Part shown: positions 19,326 through 29,980 of the stretch, piece by piece | How the letters are laid out: each line of letters begins with the position of its first letter | Position numbering within the stretch: the stretch's first letter is position 1 | Assembly: GCA_038204345.1 (NCBI GenBank) | Contig: JBBRDB010000001.1 | Coordinates: 1 to 59,308, forward strand | Direction of reading: 5' to 3' | DNA: 59,308 nt | Source: Thermoleophilia bacterium | GTDB lineage: Bacteria; Actinomycetota; Thermoleophilia; RBG-16-64-13 | The notes under the pieces: model-generated | What the model was told of the DNA's origin: nothing | Database searches by the model: none | Seen by the model: only the letters and a program-made list of their open reading frames with translations | Translations under genes and position numbers: made by a program

Positions 19326-20162
19326 CTACCAATCCGCGAGAGCATACCGTGCCAGGGCCGCAGCCACGAGGCCGGCGGTCTCGGTGCGCAGCACCCGAGA
19401 CCCAAGGGTGGCGAGGCTGCAACCGGCAGCGGTCAGCAGATCCACCTCCGCCGAAGACCAGCCCCCTTCCGGCCCCACCCACAGGGCCCAGCGCGTGGGG
19501 GCAACGTCGGATTGGCTGCTCCGGCCGGCGGCGCTCTCCGCGTTGAGCACAGAGCCAAGGTGTTGGGTGGCGCTCGGGGTCAAGACCACCGATTGCCAGC
19601 CCTCGGAACCGGCCCAATCGAGGGCCGCCTCCACGGAGACGGCGATGCGGATCTCTGGTATCGCCAGCTGCTTGCTCTGCTTAGCGGCCTCCGCGGCGAC
19701 GGAACGCCACCGCGCCGCCCTCGTGTCCAGCCGCTCGAGCGGCACTCGTGGTGAACCTGCCGCAAGGGCGATCAGGAAGGCATCGACGCCCACCTCGGTG
19801 CCTTTCTCCACGACTTCATCGACCTTTCGAGGTTGCGGGAGTCCCTGCACCAGCAACAACTCCACTCGAGAAGCCGGGCCGGGGGCGGGCCGGCCGGTGA
19901 CGCGCACGGTGACCCGGTCACCGACTTCCTCGAACACAGCCTCGGCCAGATTCCGTGTCCCGGAGATGACCACCTCACACGGGTCGCCGGGACGAACGCG
20001 CAAGACGGTCCTCGCGTGACGGGCATCCGACCGCGCAAGCTCCACGAGCACACCGACGAGTGGCGACTCGTCGGGGCTGCGGGGCGTCGACGCCGGGAGG
20101 CCTCCCGGGACGGCGTCACCGTGTACGATGTCCGCCGGCGCTACGAAGAAGCGTGGTCGCAC
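19326..20162 (-). CDS. rsmE: 16S rRNA (uracil1498-N3)-methyltransferase
   Basis: 278 aa. MRPRFFV start, HARTVLRVRPGD, EAAKQSKQLAIPEI, VGPEGGWSSAE, LGSRVLRTETAG. Confidence 0.88.
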   Translation of the reverse strand: MRPRFFVAPADIVHGDAVPGGLPASTPRSPDESPLVGVLVELARSDARHARTVLRVRPGDPCEVVISGTRNLAEAVFEEVGDRVTVRVTGRPAPGPASRVELLLVQGLPQPRKVDEVVEKGTEVGVDAFLIALAAGSPRVPLERLDTRAARWRSVAAEAAKQSKQLAIPEIRIAVSVEAALDWAGSEGWQSVVLTPSATQHLGSVLNAESAAGRSSQSDVAPTRWALWVGPEGGWSSAEVDLLTAAGCSLATLGSRVLRTETAGLVAAALARYALADW

Positions 20163-20171
20163 CTTCCTCCG

Positions 20172-21446
20172 TCACCCACCCGCTGTGGCCAGGGAGAGCG
20201 CCTTCTGCAGGGTTTCGTCGACGCCGCTGGTGTCCGGGTCGTCGGGCATCACCACATCGGGCTCTATGCCCTTTTTGTTGATGTCGTTGCCGGCGGGAGT
20301 CAGGTACACGGCGGTGGTGACTTTTAGCGCCCCGCCGTTGCTCAGAGAGATGAGCGTCTGGACCAGGCCTTTGCCGAAGGTCTTGGCGCCCACGAGGGTC
20401 GCCCGGCCCGTGTCCTTCAAGGCTCCGGCAACGATCTCAGAAGCGCTGGCCGAGAACTCGTCTACCAGGACGTAGACTGGAATGGCAGGGTCGACGGCGT
20501 TGCCGTGAGCGGTGAACACCTCTTCGGGCGAATGCAGTCCTTCGGTGGTCACGATCACGCCGTCGGGGATGAAGATGCTGGCGACGTCGACCGCTTCGTT
20601 GAGCAGGCCGCCCCCGTTCCGCCGCAGATCGAGAATGACGGCGGCCACCCCGTCCTCGTCCACCGCCTTGGTGACGGCGGCCCGGAGATGCTCGGCGGAA
20701 TCCTTGGAGAAGGTGACGAAGGTGATGTGCGCCACCTTGCGGCCTGCGGCGCGGAGGGTCTCCACTTCGATCACCGGGATCTCGATATTCATGCGCACGA
20801 GAACGACGTCCTCAGCGGTCCCGCCCTCGGGCAGATGTGGGTCCGCACCGTTGTCCGCGACAGGCTCGGGAACGTACCCGGCCGGTACGTGGTACACCTT
20901 GAGCTTGACTTCGCTGCCTTCCGTGCCTTTGATCTGTGAGACGACGTCGTCGAGTGAGAGGCCCGCGGTCTCCTGGTCATCGACGGCCAGGATGATGTCG
21001 CCGGAAGCGATCCCCGCCTTGGCCGCCGGTGAGTCCCTGAAGGTCGAGACCACCGTAACGTAGGGTCCCCGCATCTCCACGGTCATGCCCACGCCTGAAT
21101 ACGACCCTCCTGCGCGCTCCTGGAACATAGAATACTGCTCCGGGTCCAGATAATTCGTGTAATCGTCGTTCAGCCCCTTGAGCATTCCTCGGATCGAATC
21201 GTCTTCGAGATCGGCAGGGTCGACGGGCTGATAGAACGTCGATTCCAGCTTGTCCAGCACCTCGTCCTGAAGAGGGAAACCGACGCTCTCCCCCATGAGC
21301 ACATCGGCCACCGCTCCCGGGAGCACCGCCCGCAACAGGTTGCGAGGGGCCGGGTGGGCTCCCATGATCACGCCACCCGCGACCAGGATCGCGAGCAGGA
21401 CCCACACCGCCACCACTACTAGGGAACTTCTGAAGAAACGCTGCAT
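20172..21446 (-). CDS. ctpA: S41 carboxy-terminal processing peptidase
   Basis: N-terminal TM helix, PDZ segment (GDIILAVDD), LDLRRNGGGL, catalytic-Ser region SASASEIVAGALKD, TFGKGLVQ. Confidence 0.9.
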   Translation of the reverse strand: MQRFFRSSLVVVAVWVLLAILVAGGVIMGAHPAPRNLLRAVLPGAVADVLMGESVGFPLQDEVLDKLESTFYQPVDPADLEDDSIRGMLKGLNDDYTNYLDPEQYSMFQERAGGSYSGVGMTVEMRGPYVTVVSTFRDSPAAKAGIASGDIILAVDDQETAGLSLDDVVSQIKGTEGSEVKLKVYHVPAGYVPEPVADNGADPHLPEGGTAEDVVLVRMNIEIPVIEVETLRAAGRKVAHITFVTFSKDSAEHLRAAVTKAVDEDGVAAVILDLRRNGGGLLNEAVDVASIFIPDGVIVTTEGLHSPEEVFTAHGNAVDPAIPVYVLVDEFSASASEIVAGALKDTGRATLVGAKTFGKGLVQTLISLSNGGALKVTTAVYLTPAGNDINKKGIEPDVVMPDDPDTSGVDETLQKALSLATAGG

Positions 21447-21454
21447 CCCGGCTC

Positions 21455-22783
21455 CTAGAGGTAGCCCATGGGGTTGACGGGAGTCCCGTTCAGCCGAACC
21501 TCGAAGTGCAGATGAGGTCCGGTGGAGTAGCCGGTGCTGCCCACCTTGCCGATGACGTCACCCCGATCCACGGCCTCACCCACCGACACCAGGATGGTCG
21601 ACTGATGGGCGTATAAAGTGGTGAGTTGGCCGCCGTGCGAGATGACCACTGCCTTGCCGTAGCCTCCCCGCCATCCCGCCTGGATCACCACCCCGCTGTC
21701 GGCTGCGCGGATGGGCGTGCCGAACGACGCCGACATATCGACTCCCGTGTGCATCTTGCGCACCTTGAAGATCGGATGAACTCGATACCCGAAGGGGGAG
21801 CTGACGCGCCCCGGCACGGGCCGGATGAACGTGCCCGTGCCCCTGACCGTCTGGTCCACGGTGCTGGTGAGCGCCCGTAGATCATCGCGTAACCGGTTCG
21901 ATTCGGCCTCGAGGGCCGCTTCTTGCTTCTCCCACGAGGCCTTGTCGGTCTCGGCTTTTTCGACCACTCGCCGCTTATCACGACGCGCGCCCTGCACCTG
22001 GGTAACCTTCGCTTCCTGCTGGGCCACCAGCGCTTCCAGGCGTGCGGCCTGATCGGACTGCCGCCCTTCCACCTCGGATATCCGTGCCTGCTGAGACTCG
22101 AGATCGAGCCGCTCCGCATCCACCCGGGCACGTAGGTCTTTGACCTGCACCAGGACGCGTTCGTCCGCGTGCACGACGAAGGAGAGGAAGTCGATGCGGG
22201 TGATCAGATCCGACAGACGAGCAGTATCGAGAAGCACCTCGATATACCCGATACCCCCGGACTTGTAGATATTGACCGCCCGCCTGCCGAGAGCGGATTG
22301 GGCGGTCCTAAGGTCTTCCTCGGCCTTCGCCAAGCGGGCTCTGGCCTCCACGAGCAGCGCCTTGAGACGGCTGAGTTCCTCGCGTGTCGCATTGAGTTCC
22401 GCAGTGACTTGGTCTCGATCGGCCGTAACGGCCGCCAACTCAGAATCCAGGGCCTCGATGCGCACATCGAGTGACGCGATGTCCTCGAGCGCTCCCTTGC
22501 GGACCGCTTCCGCCTTCTGTATCTCGGCCCGAGCCTTGTCCAGTTCGGTTTTGTTCTGGGTCAGGTCCTGATTGATCTGCGACGCCGTCTTGGCTTCGGC
22601 CGCACCGGGAGCGAGCACGCGCTCGATCCCGAGCGGCAGCCGCAAGTCCCCGGGGGAGGCGGCCATCGCAATGCCCAGCACCAGAGCGAGCGCCGGCAGG
22701 AACCACAGAGCCCCGGCCAGGCAGCGGCCGACGGTCAGCGGGCGGCGAGCAGACGGACCGCTCTCCTCCGCTCCGATGATCAT
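21455..22783 (-). CDS. coiled-coil M23 metallopeptidase (EnvC/PcsB-like partner of FtsEX)
   Basis: TM helix/signal, ~270 aa of heptad-rich Glu/Ala/Arg/Leu sequence, then an M23 domain with intact HTGVDM (HxxxD) and GPHLHFEV (HxH). Confidence 0.88.
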   Translation of the reverse strand: MIIGAEESGPSARRPLTVGRCLAGALWFLPALALVLGIAMAASPGDLRLPLGIERVLAPGAAEAKTASQINQDLTQNKTELDKARAEIQKAEAVRKGALEDIASLDVRIEALDSELAAVTADRDQVTAELNATREELSRLKALLVEARARLAKAEEDLRTAQSALGRRAVNIYKSGGIGYIEVLLDTARLSDLITRIDFLSFVVHADERVLVQVKDLRARVDAERLDLESQQARISEVEGRQSDQAARLEALVAQQEAKVTQVQGARRDKRRVVEKAETDKASWEKQEAALEAESNRLRDDLRALTSTVDQTVRGTGTFIRPVPGRVSSPFGYRVHPIFKVRKMHTGVDMSASFGTPIRAADSGVVIQAGWRGGYGKAVVISHGGQLTTLYAHQSTILVSVGEAVDRGDVIGKVGSTGYSTGPHLHFEVRLNGTPVNPMGYL

Positions 22784-22787
22784 GCGC

Positions 22788-23666
22788 TCAGACGTTCAGG
22801 AACCTCCTGAGCCCGAGTCCCGAGCCAACGGCCCCGATGATAGCTCCGACCCCGAGGATGACCAACGTGATCTGTACGGTCGAGACCGCGTTGAAGGGCA
22901 CAGTGAGGAACACGAGGTTCTCGCGGATGCGGTCCATGACGAAGTCCGTGCCCACGGTGACCAGGGCGAGTGCGGCAAGCGCCCCGGCCAGACCAACCGC
23001 GAGACCTTCGATGATAAAGGGCCAGCGGATGAACCAGTTGGTGGCCCCCACGAGCTTCATGATCTCCACTTCGCGGCGCCGGGCGTAGATCGAAAGGCGG
23101 ATCGTGTTCGATATGAGCAAGATGGAGACCCCACCCAACAGGAACACGAACACAGCCGATATGTTGCGGATGACAGAGGTGACCTTGAAGATGCGTTCGG
23201 CGAGTTCTTTGCCGTACCGCACCTCTTCGACGATAGGACGCCCCTCGAACTTGGCGGCCACGGTGCCGGCCAACTCCGGATCCTTGAGCGCCACTTCGAA
23301 CGATGCGGGCAGCGGGTTGCTCGGCAGGTCCTGGAGAAGCTCCTCGTGCTCCTTGAGATCTTCTTTCAGACGCTTGAGGGCCTCATCCTTGTCGATGAAC
23401 TGCACCTCTTTGACCTCGGGCTGGTCGACGATCTCCTGGCGCATCGCCTCTATCTCGTCGGTGGTGGCCGAGTCTTTCAGGTAGATGGTGATCTCCACCT
23501 TCTGTTCGACATCCTTCAGGACGGCGTTGATGTTGAAGACGAACACCATGACCACTCCCAGCAAGAACATGCTGAGGAACACCGTCACGACGGCGGCGAC
23601 GGTCATGAAATAGTTGCGCCACAGCGAACGGAAGGCCTCGGCTAGGAAGAACCTAATTCTCCCCAT
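22788..23666 (-). CDS. ftsX: cell-division ABC permease FtsX
   Basis: 292 aa. TM1, a large extracytoplasmic loop, then three C-terminal TM helices. 14-nt overlap with ftsE. Confidence 0.92.
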   Translation of the reverse strand: MGRIRFFLAEAFRSLWRNYFMTVAAVVTVFLSMFLLGVVMVFVFNINAVLKDVEQKVEITIYLKDSATTDEIEAMRQEIVDQPEVKEVQFIDKDEALKRLKEDLKEHEELLQDLPSNPLPASFEVALKDPELAGTVAAKFEGRPIVEEVRYGKELAERIFKVTSVIRNISAVFVFLLGGVSILLISNTIRLSIYARRREVEIMKLVGATNWFIRWPFIIEGLAVGLAGALAALALVTVGTDFVMDRIRENLVFLTVPFNAVSTVQITLVILGVGAIIGAVGSGLGLRRFLNV

Positions 23667-24336
23667 AGCTACCCCTCCGTTGGTCGCGAACCACTTGACC
23701 CTGCTCGAGAGCGATGACCCTACGCCGCATCTTGTCGACCATCTCCCGGTCGTGCGTGGCCATCACCACGGTGGTGCCCGTCTTGTTGATCCGGTAGAGG
23801 AGCTGCATGATCCCCGTGGAGGTCTCAGGGTCGAGGTTACCTGTGGGCTCATCCGCTATGAGCAGCGGCGGATGGTTCACGAAAGCGCGCGCGATCGACA
23901 CCCGCTGCTGCTCGCCTCCGGAGAGCTCGTTGGGCAGATTGCCGACCTTGTGGCCGAGGCCCACCAAGTTGATGATCTCGCCCGTCTTGCGGCGTCCGGC
24001 GGAGGAGGAGTTCCCGGTCACCTGCAGAGCGTAGTAGACGTTGTCGAACACCGTCTTGTTTTGCAGCAGCTTGAAATCCTGGAACACGCACCCGATGTTG
24101 CGCCGGAGGTAGGGCACCTTCCACCTGCGGAGCGTCTGGAGGTCACGCCCCCCGACGATGATCCGCCCGCGGTCCGGCTCCAATTCCTTGATGAGTAGCC
24201 GGATGAAGGTGGACTTGCCCGAACCGGAGGCCCCCACCAAGAAGACGAACTCCCCCTTCTCGATGTGAAGACTGACCGATTCCAACCCGATGGTGTCGGG
24301 GGGATAGATCTTTGTGACTTCTTCTAGCCGTATCAC
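23653..24336 (-). CDS. ftsE: cell-division ABC ATPase FtsE
   Basis: Walker [10 protein letters not shown], signature LSGGEQQR, Walker [16 protein letters not shown] start. Confidence 0.95.
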   Translation of the reverse strand: MIRLEEVTKIYPPDTIGLESVSLHIEKGEFVFLVGASGSGKSTFIRLLIKELEPDRGRIIVGGRDLQTLRRWKVPYLRRNIGCVFQDFKLLQNKTVFDNVYYALQVTGNSSSAGRRKTGEIINLVGLGHKVGNLPNELSGGEQQRVSIARAFVNHPPLLIADEPTGNLDPETSTGIMQLLYRINKTGTTVVMATHDREMVDKMRRRVIALEQGQVVRDQRRGSYGEN

Positions 24337-24515
24337 GTTCTCTTGCGTACCTCCTGACGGGCGCTTCGCGACCGTTGTTCACTATCGTGGGCCGAAAAGC
24401 GACACCGGTTACAATTCTCGACCGCGGTGCCGGAATCCTTGGCGGGCCGTCGCCGCCGCCGCCCGCCGGCCGCCGGAACAACGTCCCGAGGGGCGCACGG
24501 CGGGGCGGGCCGGCG

Positions 24516-25687
24516 CTAGTGTTCGTCGTCGCCGCGAAGGCCCCCTGTGGCGCGACGCATCAAGTACTCGTGGATGAAATCGTCGATAGAACCGTTCAAG
24601 ACCGCATCGACATTGCCTTTCTCCAGCCCGGTGCGATGATCCTTTACCAGGGTATATGGAGCCATGACGTACGATCGGATCTGGCTGCCCCAGCCGATCT
24701 CCTTCTGTTCGCCCTTCTCTCGGGCTAGATCCTGTTCACGCTTCTCGATCTGCTGCACTAGCAGCTTGCCTCGCAGCATACGCATCGCCGTCTCGCGGTT
24801 CTGGGTCTGAGAGCGCTCGTTCTGACACTGGACCACTGTCTTCGTGGGTACATGGGTGATGCGCACGGCCGAGTCGGTCTTGTTCACGTGCTGGCCGCCC
24901 GCTCCCGACGCGCGGTAGGTCTCGACTCGTAGATCTTTCTCGTCGATGTCCACCTGTACCGCTTCGTCGACCACCGGCGTCACGTCGATCGAGGCGAACG
25001 ACGTATGGCGCCGGTTGGCGGCGTCGAACGGCGACATGCGCACCAGGCGGTGCACGCCGCGTTCGGCCGCGAGCAGCCCGTAAGCGTTTTCGCCCTGAAC
25101 TGTGACCGTGGCGCTCTTGATGCCCGCCTCATCTCCCTCTGTGACTTCGTTGATCTCCACGTCGAAGGACCGGTTCTGCGCCCAGCGCAGGTACATACGC
25201 AAGAGCATCTCCGCCCAATCCTGACTCTCGGTGCCGCCGGCTCCCGGATGGATGCTCACGATCGCGTCACCGGTGTCGAACTCGCCATTGAAGAGCCGGG
25301 CTTCCTCGAAGGCATCCAAGACGCGCTCTATCTGAGCGGAGACACGTTCGAGTTCGGCTTCGTTGTGGGGGGAAAGCGGACCGTCGCCGTTTTCCTCGTA
25401 CGCCAGTTCGGCAAGCATCTCAAGGTCGTCGATCAACGCGGCAAGGTCGGAATACCGATCGAGACGACTCTTGACTCTGCTGTACTGGGTGGAGGTCTTC
25501 TGCGCCGCCGTCTGGTCGTCCCAGAAATCCGGCGCGCGCATCTCCTCCTCGAGAGAGGCTACGCGCTGCTCAAGTCCAACCGGGTCAAAGGTAATCCCTT
25601 ACCCACGCGAGCTTCTCGCGAAAAGCCGGAAGCCGTTCCCGATATGTGGCGGCGGTCGCCGCCTGGATCTGTGTCTTCTCAGACATA
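24516..25687 (-). CDS. prfB: peptide chain release factor 2, expressed through a programmed +1 frameshift
   Basis: The track ORF 24516..25541 lacks the N-terminus. Own translation from ATG 25687 gives 33 codons ending ...RDY-CTT-TGA-C. The +1 frame continues DPVGLEQRVASLEEEMRAPDFWDD into the track ORF. SPF (VRMSPFD) and GGQ (GAGGQHVN) motifs are present. Confidence 0.93.
25586..25591 (-). other. RF2 autoregulatory +1 frameshift site (CTT TGA C)
   Basis: Minus strand: GTAAGGGATTACCTTTGACCC. CTT at 25591-25589, in-frame TGA at 25588-25586 followed by C. An SD-like AAGGGA sits 4 nt upstream of the slippery CTT. Confidence 0.85.
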
Positions 25688-25749
25688 CTCGGGAAGTATA
25701 GCCCAGAGAGGGGGAATCGGTCGAAAGAGACGGGAGCCACCCGGGAGGC

Positions 25750-28362
25750 TCACTCCGCTCCGTGACATTTCTTGTATTTCTTGCCGCTGCCGCAAGGACA
25801 CGGATCGTTACGCCCCACCTTCTCCACGTGCCGGGGAGCGGTGACCGTCTGGCCGGCCCTCTGGGCATGTTGGAAGGCACCGGCGGACCCGTCGCCGACA
25901 ACAGCACCTCCAGGCGACATCAGACCGGAGAACCCGCTGCCGACCGCAGTATCATCAGGGGCGCTGTAGGAGAGTTCCACCTGGCGTCGAGCCTCAGGCA
26001 GTTCTTCCTTCCTCACCTCCACCCGGAACACCATGCGGACGAAGTCTTCCTGGATCGAATCCATCATCGTCTGGAACATAGTGAAGCCCTCAGACTTGTA
26101 CTCGACCAGAGGGTCCTTCTGAGCCAGAGCCCGGAGACCGATGCCCTCGCGCAGGTAGTCCATGTCGTAGAGATGGTCGCGCCAGCGGGAATCCAGTGTG
26201 CGGAGGAGCACCCAGCGCTCCAACTCTCGCATGTTCTCCTCGCCGACCTCGAGTTCCTTGGCCTCGTAGATCCCCAAGGCGTCCTCGACCACGCGGTCGG
26301 CGAGTTCGTCGGCCTCCAGGTCCTCGAGGTCGCCTAGGTCATCGACGACGATGCTGAGTGGGAAGACGGAACGGAGCACGGTAAAGAGCTCGGGCAGATC
26401 CCACTCCTCGGCGTACTTGCTGCCCGAGGTGAAGAGCTCCACCTGCGCGCGAACGACGCGCTCGATGATCTCCCTGACGTCGTCCCGCAGATCTTCGCCC
26501 TCCAAGACCCGCTTGCGCTGCGCGTAGATGACTTCGCGCTGCCGATTCATCACATCGTCGTACTCGAGTACCCGCTTCCTGATTTGGAAGTTCTGTTCCT
26601 CCACCCTTTTCTGCGCGCTCTCAACGGACCGGCTGATCATGCCGGCTTCGATGGGCGTATCGTCCTCGATGCCCAGTCGGTCCATCAGATTGTGGACGCG
26701 ATCGCCGGCAAAGAGGCGCATCAAGTCGTCTTCCAAAGAGATGTAGAAGCGGCTCGCACCGGGATCGCCCTGCCGACCCGAGCGGCCCCGCAGCTGGTTG
26801 TCTATGCGCCGCGAGTCGTGGCGCTCGGTGCCCAAGATGTAGAGTCCGCCCAGCCCGACCACGCCCTCGCCGAGCTTGATGTCGGTGCCTCGCCCGGCCA
26901 TGTTAGTGGCGATGGTGACGCTGCCCCTCTGGCCGGCACCCTCGACTATCACGGCCTCGCGCGCGTGGTGCTTCGCGTTCAGCACCTCATGCGGAACGCC
27001 CCGCCGGGTGAGCATGGAGGAGAGGGTCTCGGAAGCCTCTACGGAGATCGTGCCCACCAGCACGGGTTGCCCGTGTTGGTAGCACTCGAGCACGTCGTCG
27101 GACACGGCCTTGACTTTGGCGGCGCGGGTCTTGTAGATGAGGTCGTTGCGATCCTCACGGACCATAGGCATGTTCGTGGGGATCTCCAGGACTTCCAAAC
27201 CATAGATCTCGCGGAACTCATCGGCCTCCGTTGCCGCGGTGCCCGTCATGCCCGAGATCTTCTCGTACATACGGAAGTAGTTCTGCAGCGTGATGGTGGC
27301 GAGAGTCTGGTTCTCCTCCTTGATCTTGACGTCCTCTTTAGCCTCGATGGCCTGGTGGAGACCCTCGGAGTAGCGGCGTCCCTCCAAGATCCGGCCGGTG
27401 AACTCGTCGATGATCTTGACCTCGCCGTCCTGCACGAGATAGTCGACGTCGCGCTTGAAGAGAGACTCGGCGCGCAGCGCCTGCATCAGGTGGTTCACCA
27501 ATTGGCCCGACAGGTCCTCGTAGAGGTTGTCCACACCCGCCATCTTCTCGACGCGGGCCACACCCTCTTCTGTTGGAGCGACCGTGCGTTTCTTCTCATC
27601 GACCTCGTAGTCGAGCCCTTCGCCCTCCTTCAATTGCCGGGCGATACGGGCGAAGTCGTAATAGGTCTTGGCGGCGTGTTCACCGGGTCCCGATATGATG
27701 AGCGGGGTGCGGGCTTCATCGACGAGGATGGAGTCCACCTCGTCGATGATGCAGTAGGCGTGCCCGCGTTGCACGCGCTGGTCCAAGGAGAGGGCCATGT
27801 TGTCGCGGAGATAGTCGAAGCCGAACTCGGTGTTGGTGCCGTAGACCACATCGCACTGGTAGGCCGACCTGCGGTCCGCGGAGGACATGTTGTTCTGAAG
27901 GATCCCCACCGTGAGGCCCAGAGCCTCGTACACCGGGCCCATCCAGGCCGCGTCGCGTGCGGCGAGGTAGTCGTTGACCGTGACCACATGCGCGGGTTGA
28001 CCGGTCAAGGCGTTCACGTAGATGGGCATGGTGGCCACCAGGGTCTTGCCTTCGCCGGTCTTCATCTCTGCGATGGCTCCGGAGCGGAGCACCAACCCGC
28101 CCAACACCTGCACGTCGAAGGGCCGCATGGCCACCGTACGTCGAGCCGTCTCGCGCGCCACCGCAAAGGCCTCGGGCACCAGTTCTTCTATGGTCTCGCC
28201 CTGCGCCAGGCGCTCTCTGAACTCGGTGGTCTTGGCGCGCAGAGCCACATCGTCGAGCGGGCGCACAGAATCTTCCAGTGCGGATACCTCGGAGACACCC
28301 GCCTGGAACGACTTCATCTTCTTGCCCTCGCCGAAGCGCAGGACCTTGTCTAGTAAACCCAT
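25750..28362 (-). CDS. secA: preprotein translocase ATPase SecA
   Basis: 870 aa. [10 protein letters not shown] Walker [21 protein letters not shown]-terminal zinc finger [14 protein letters not shown]. Confidence 0.97.
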   Translation of the reverse strand: MGLLDKVLRFGEGKKMKSFQAGVSEVSALEDSVRPLDDVALRAKTTEFRERLAQGETIEELVPEAFAVARETARRTVAMRPFDVQVLGGLVLRSGAIAEMKTGEGKTLVATMPIYVNALTGQPAHVVTVNDYLAARDAAWMGPVYEALGLTVGILQNNMSSADRRSAYQCDVVYGTNTEFGFDYLRDNMALSLDQRVQRGHAYCIIDEVDSILVDEARTPLIISGPGEHAAKTYYDFARIARQLKEGEGLDYEVDEKKRTVAPTEEGVARVEKMAGVDNLYEDLSGQLVNHLMQALRAESLFKRDVDYLVQDGEVKIIDEFTGRILEGRRYSEGLHQAIEAKEDVKIKEENQTLATITLQNYFRMYEKISGMTGTAATEADEFREIYGLEVLEIPTNMPMVREDRNDLIYKTRAAKVKAVSDDVLECYQHGQPVLVGTISVEASETLSSMLTRRGVPHEVLNAKHHAREAVIVEGAGQRGSVTIATNMAGRGTDIKLGEGVVGLGGLYILGTERHDSRRIDNQLRGRSGRQGDPGASRFYISLEDDLMRLFAGDRVHNLMDRLGIEDDTPIEAGMISRSVESAQKRVEEQNFQIRKRVLEYDDVMNRQREVIYAQRKRVLEGEDLRDDVREIIERVVRAQVELFTSGSKYAEEWDLPELFTVLRSVFPLSIVVDDLGDLEDLEADELADRVVEDALGIYEAKELEVGEENMRELERWVLLRTLDSRWRDHLYDMDYLREGIGLRALAQKDPLVEYKSEGFTMFQTMMDSIQEDFVRMVFRVEVRKEELPEARRQVELSYSAPDDTAVGSGFSGLMSPGGAVVGDGSAGAFQHAQRAGQTVTAPRHVEKVGRNDPCPCGSGKKYKKCHGAE

Positions 28363-28394
28363 GTCTCAGTCTGCCTCGGCGCCCCGAGCGGAGA

Positions 28395-28961
28395 CTACCG
28401 TTGCGGCTCGATCAGCCCATAGTCTCCGTCGCGACGCCGATAGACCACGGCGGTCTCCTGGGTCTCGCTGCTCATGAACACGAAGAAGTCGTGCCCCACC
28501 AGATCCATCTGAAGAGCAGCTTCCTCGGGCGTCATGGGTTTGACCATGAACTGCTTGATCTTGACGATGGTCGGCAGGGGACCGCCATCTTCTTCGTTCT
28601 CGATATCTTCAGCGAAGGACAGGCCCTCGCTCTGCAACACGTCTCTGTGCGCACCCTGGGAGCGGGCGATGAGCTTGCCGCGATACTTCTTGACCTGGCG
28701 CTCGAGTTTGTCGGCCACCAAGTCGATCGAGGCGTACATGTCCCCCGAAGCCTCACGACCGCGGATGACGGGCCCCTTGGTGTGTATGGTAGCCTCGGCC
28801 ACCTGGTTGTCCGCTATGCTCGGGTTCTTCTCGGCGGAGAGTTCGACGTCGCAGCGGACGTCCTCCGCAAGGTACTTCTGCAGCCGCCCGATCTTCTCCC
28901 CCGCGTACGCGTTGAGAGCATCGGTAACGACGATATTGCGCCCTTTGACCGTCAGGTTCAC
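28395..28961 (-). CDS. hpf: ribosome hibernation promoting factor, long form
   Basis: 188 aa. S30AE N-domain (MNLTVKGRNIVVTDAL) plus a C-terminal dimerisation domain (FFVFMSSETQETAVVYRRRDGDYGLI). GTG start with AAGGAG 8 nt upstream. Confidence 0.92.
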   Translation of the reverse strand: MNLTVKGRNIVVTDALNAYAGEKIGRLQKYLAEDVRCDVELSAEKNPSIADNQVAEATIHTKGPVIRGREASGDMYASIDLVADKLERQVKKYRGKLIARSQGAHRDVLQSEGLSFAEDIENEEDGGPLPTIVKIKQFMVKPMTPEEAALQMDLVGHDFFVFMSSETQETAVVYRRRDGDYGLIEPQR

Positions 28962-29031
28962 TCGTCTTACTCCTTGGACTGCCTACCCGTTTGACCCAGC
29001 GCCGTCCCTGTCGGAGACGGTCGAATCCTGT

Positions 29032-29040
29032 ACATTACCA
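29032..29040 (-). promoter_or_regulatory. possible extended -10 promoter for hpf
   Basis: Minus strand TGGTAATGT (TGn + TAATGT), about 70 nt upstream of hpf. A leader hairpin CCGTCTCC-GACA-GGGACGG follows. No convincing -35. Confidence 0.3.
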
Positions 29041-29156
29041 TACCGTCGGTTTCTGGTCCCTCGACCCCGGCCCGGGCCATGTCCGTCACGCCACCTGTGG
29101 GATGACCACGCGGGGACTTAGACCTACGGGGCGCGCCATGGCTCGCAGTGCTCGTT

Positions 29157-29972
29157 TCAATCCGCGCGCTGGGGTAGGTCCGCAGGAGTGCGTCCGAAGG
29201 TGAAAACGTGCACCGGTGACTCCCAGCGCGCCAGGATTGCGCGGGACACCTCGGCCACTGTCGCTCCTGTCGTGTATACGTCGTCCACCAGTACGATCGC
29301 CCTCGGATGCACGGGGCCGACCGCATGTGCGACGGGACCCGCGGCAATGAACGCCCCTCTCAAGTTGCGCTGCCTCCCCTCGCGATCCAACCCCCTCTGG
29401 TGGACGGTGCGATTCACTTTGCGCGCCAGAGACATGACCGGCACTCCACCGGCGAGCACGGCCAACTCCCGCGCCAGAATCTCTGCCTGATTGTATCCGC
29501 GGGCGCGTTCGCTCGAGGCATGCGAAGGCACCCACGTGACCACCACCGGGCCGAGCGACGCCACCATGGTCCGGAACTCGTCAGCCGCAAGTCCCGCCAT
29601 GAGGCGACCGAGGGCTTTCAGGCCGTCGTACTTGAACGAGGTGACCAGGCGCTTAGCCGGGCCTTCGTGCAAGAAGGCGCTGCGGGCGCTCGCGAACGTA
29701 GGCTCCTGCCCCACGCACATCGGGCACCAATGGGGCCCTCCCGGGCCGATACCGGGGTGACCGCATCGGGAGCAGCGCTCGGGACCGGCAGGGCGCAGAG
29801 AGTCCCGGCACGAGGCACAGAGGAACGTCTCGAACTCGCCGCAGCAGACGCAGCGCGGAGGGAACACCGCCGCGAGAACGGGTTCCACCAGGGTCTCACG
29901 GCACCAGCCGAGCGCGCGGGTCATGCCGGGGAATCGTGCGGCCGGCGCCGGTTCGCTCGCGTGCCCGAACAT
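29157..29972 (-). CDS. comFC: ComF-family phosphoribosyltransferase (ComFC-like)
   Basis: N-terminal zinc-ribbon cysteines (CVCCG...CASC...CSRCG...CPMC) and PRTase motif IVLVDDVYTTGAT. Start is uncertain: ATG 29972 (GAGG 7 nt upstream) or ATG 29924. The track start at 30047 overlaps the upstream gene. Confidence 0.8.
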   Translation of the reverse strand: MFGHASEPAPAARFPGMTRALGWCRETLVEPVLAAVFPPRCVCCGEFETFLCASCRDSLRPAGPERCSRCGHPGIGPGGPHWCPMCVGQEPTFASARSAFLHEGPAKRLVTSFKYDGLKALGRLMAGLAADEFRTMVASLGPVVVTWVPSHASSERARGYNQAEILARELAVLAGGVPVMSLARKVNRTVHQRGLDREGRQRNLRGAFIAAGPVAHAVGPVHPRAIVLVDDVYTTGATVAEVSRAILARWESPVHVFTFGRTPADLPQRAD

Positions 29973-29980
29973 CGCCGGCC

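Noticed and set aside
24337-24515. The prfB-ftsE spacer (track ORF 24143..24481) considered as coding or as a structured RNA.
   Set aside because: The ORF overlaps ftsE and is Arg/Gly-rich. No convincing hairpin/U-tract terminator or consensus promoter could be placed by eye.
26584-28353. Long plus-strand ORFs antisense to conserved genes. Examples: 589 aa opposite secA; also 11641..13050, 17479..18549, 22572..23645, 38299..39450, 41008..42024, 44730..45677, 47145..48248, 58197..59249, 5333..6721 and 3339..4325.
   Set aside because: These are mirror-frame ORFs expected in GC-rich DNA, where few stops occur opposite GC3-rich codons. Their translations are Arg/His/Gly/Pro/Asp-rich low-complexity sequence with no recognisable motifs. 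Each lies opposite a gene with unambiguous conserved motifs.
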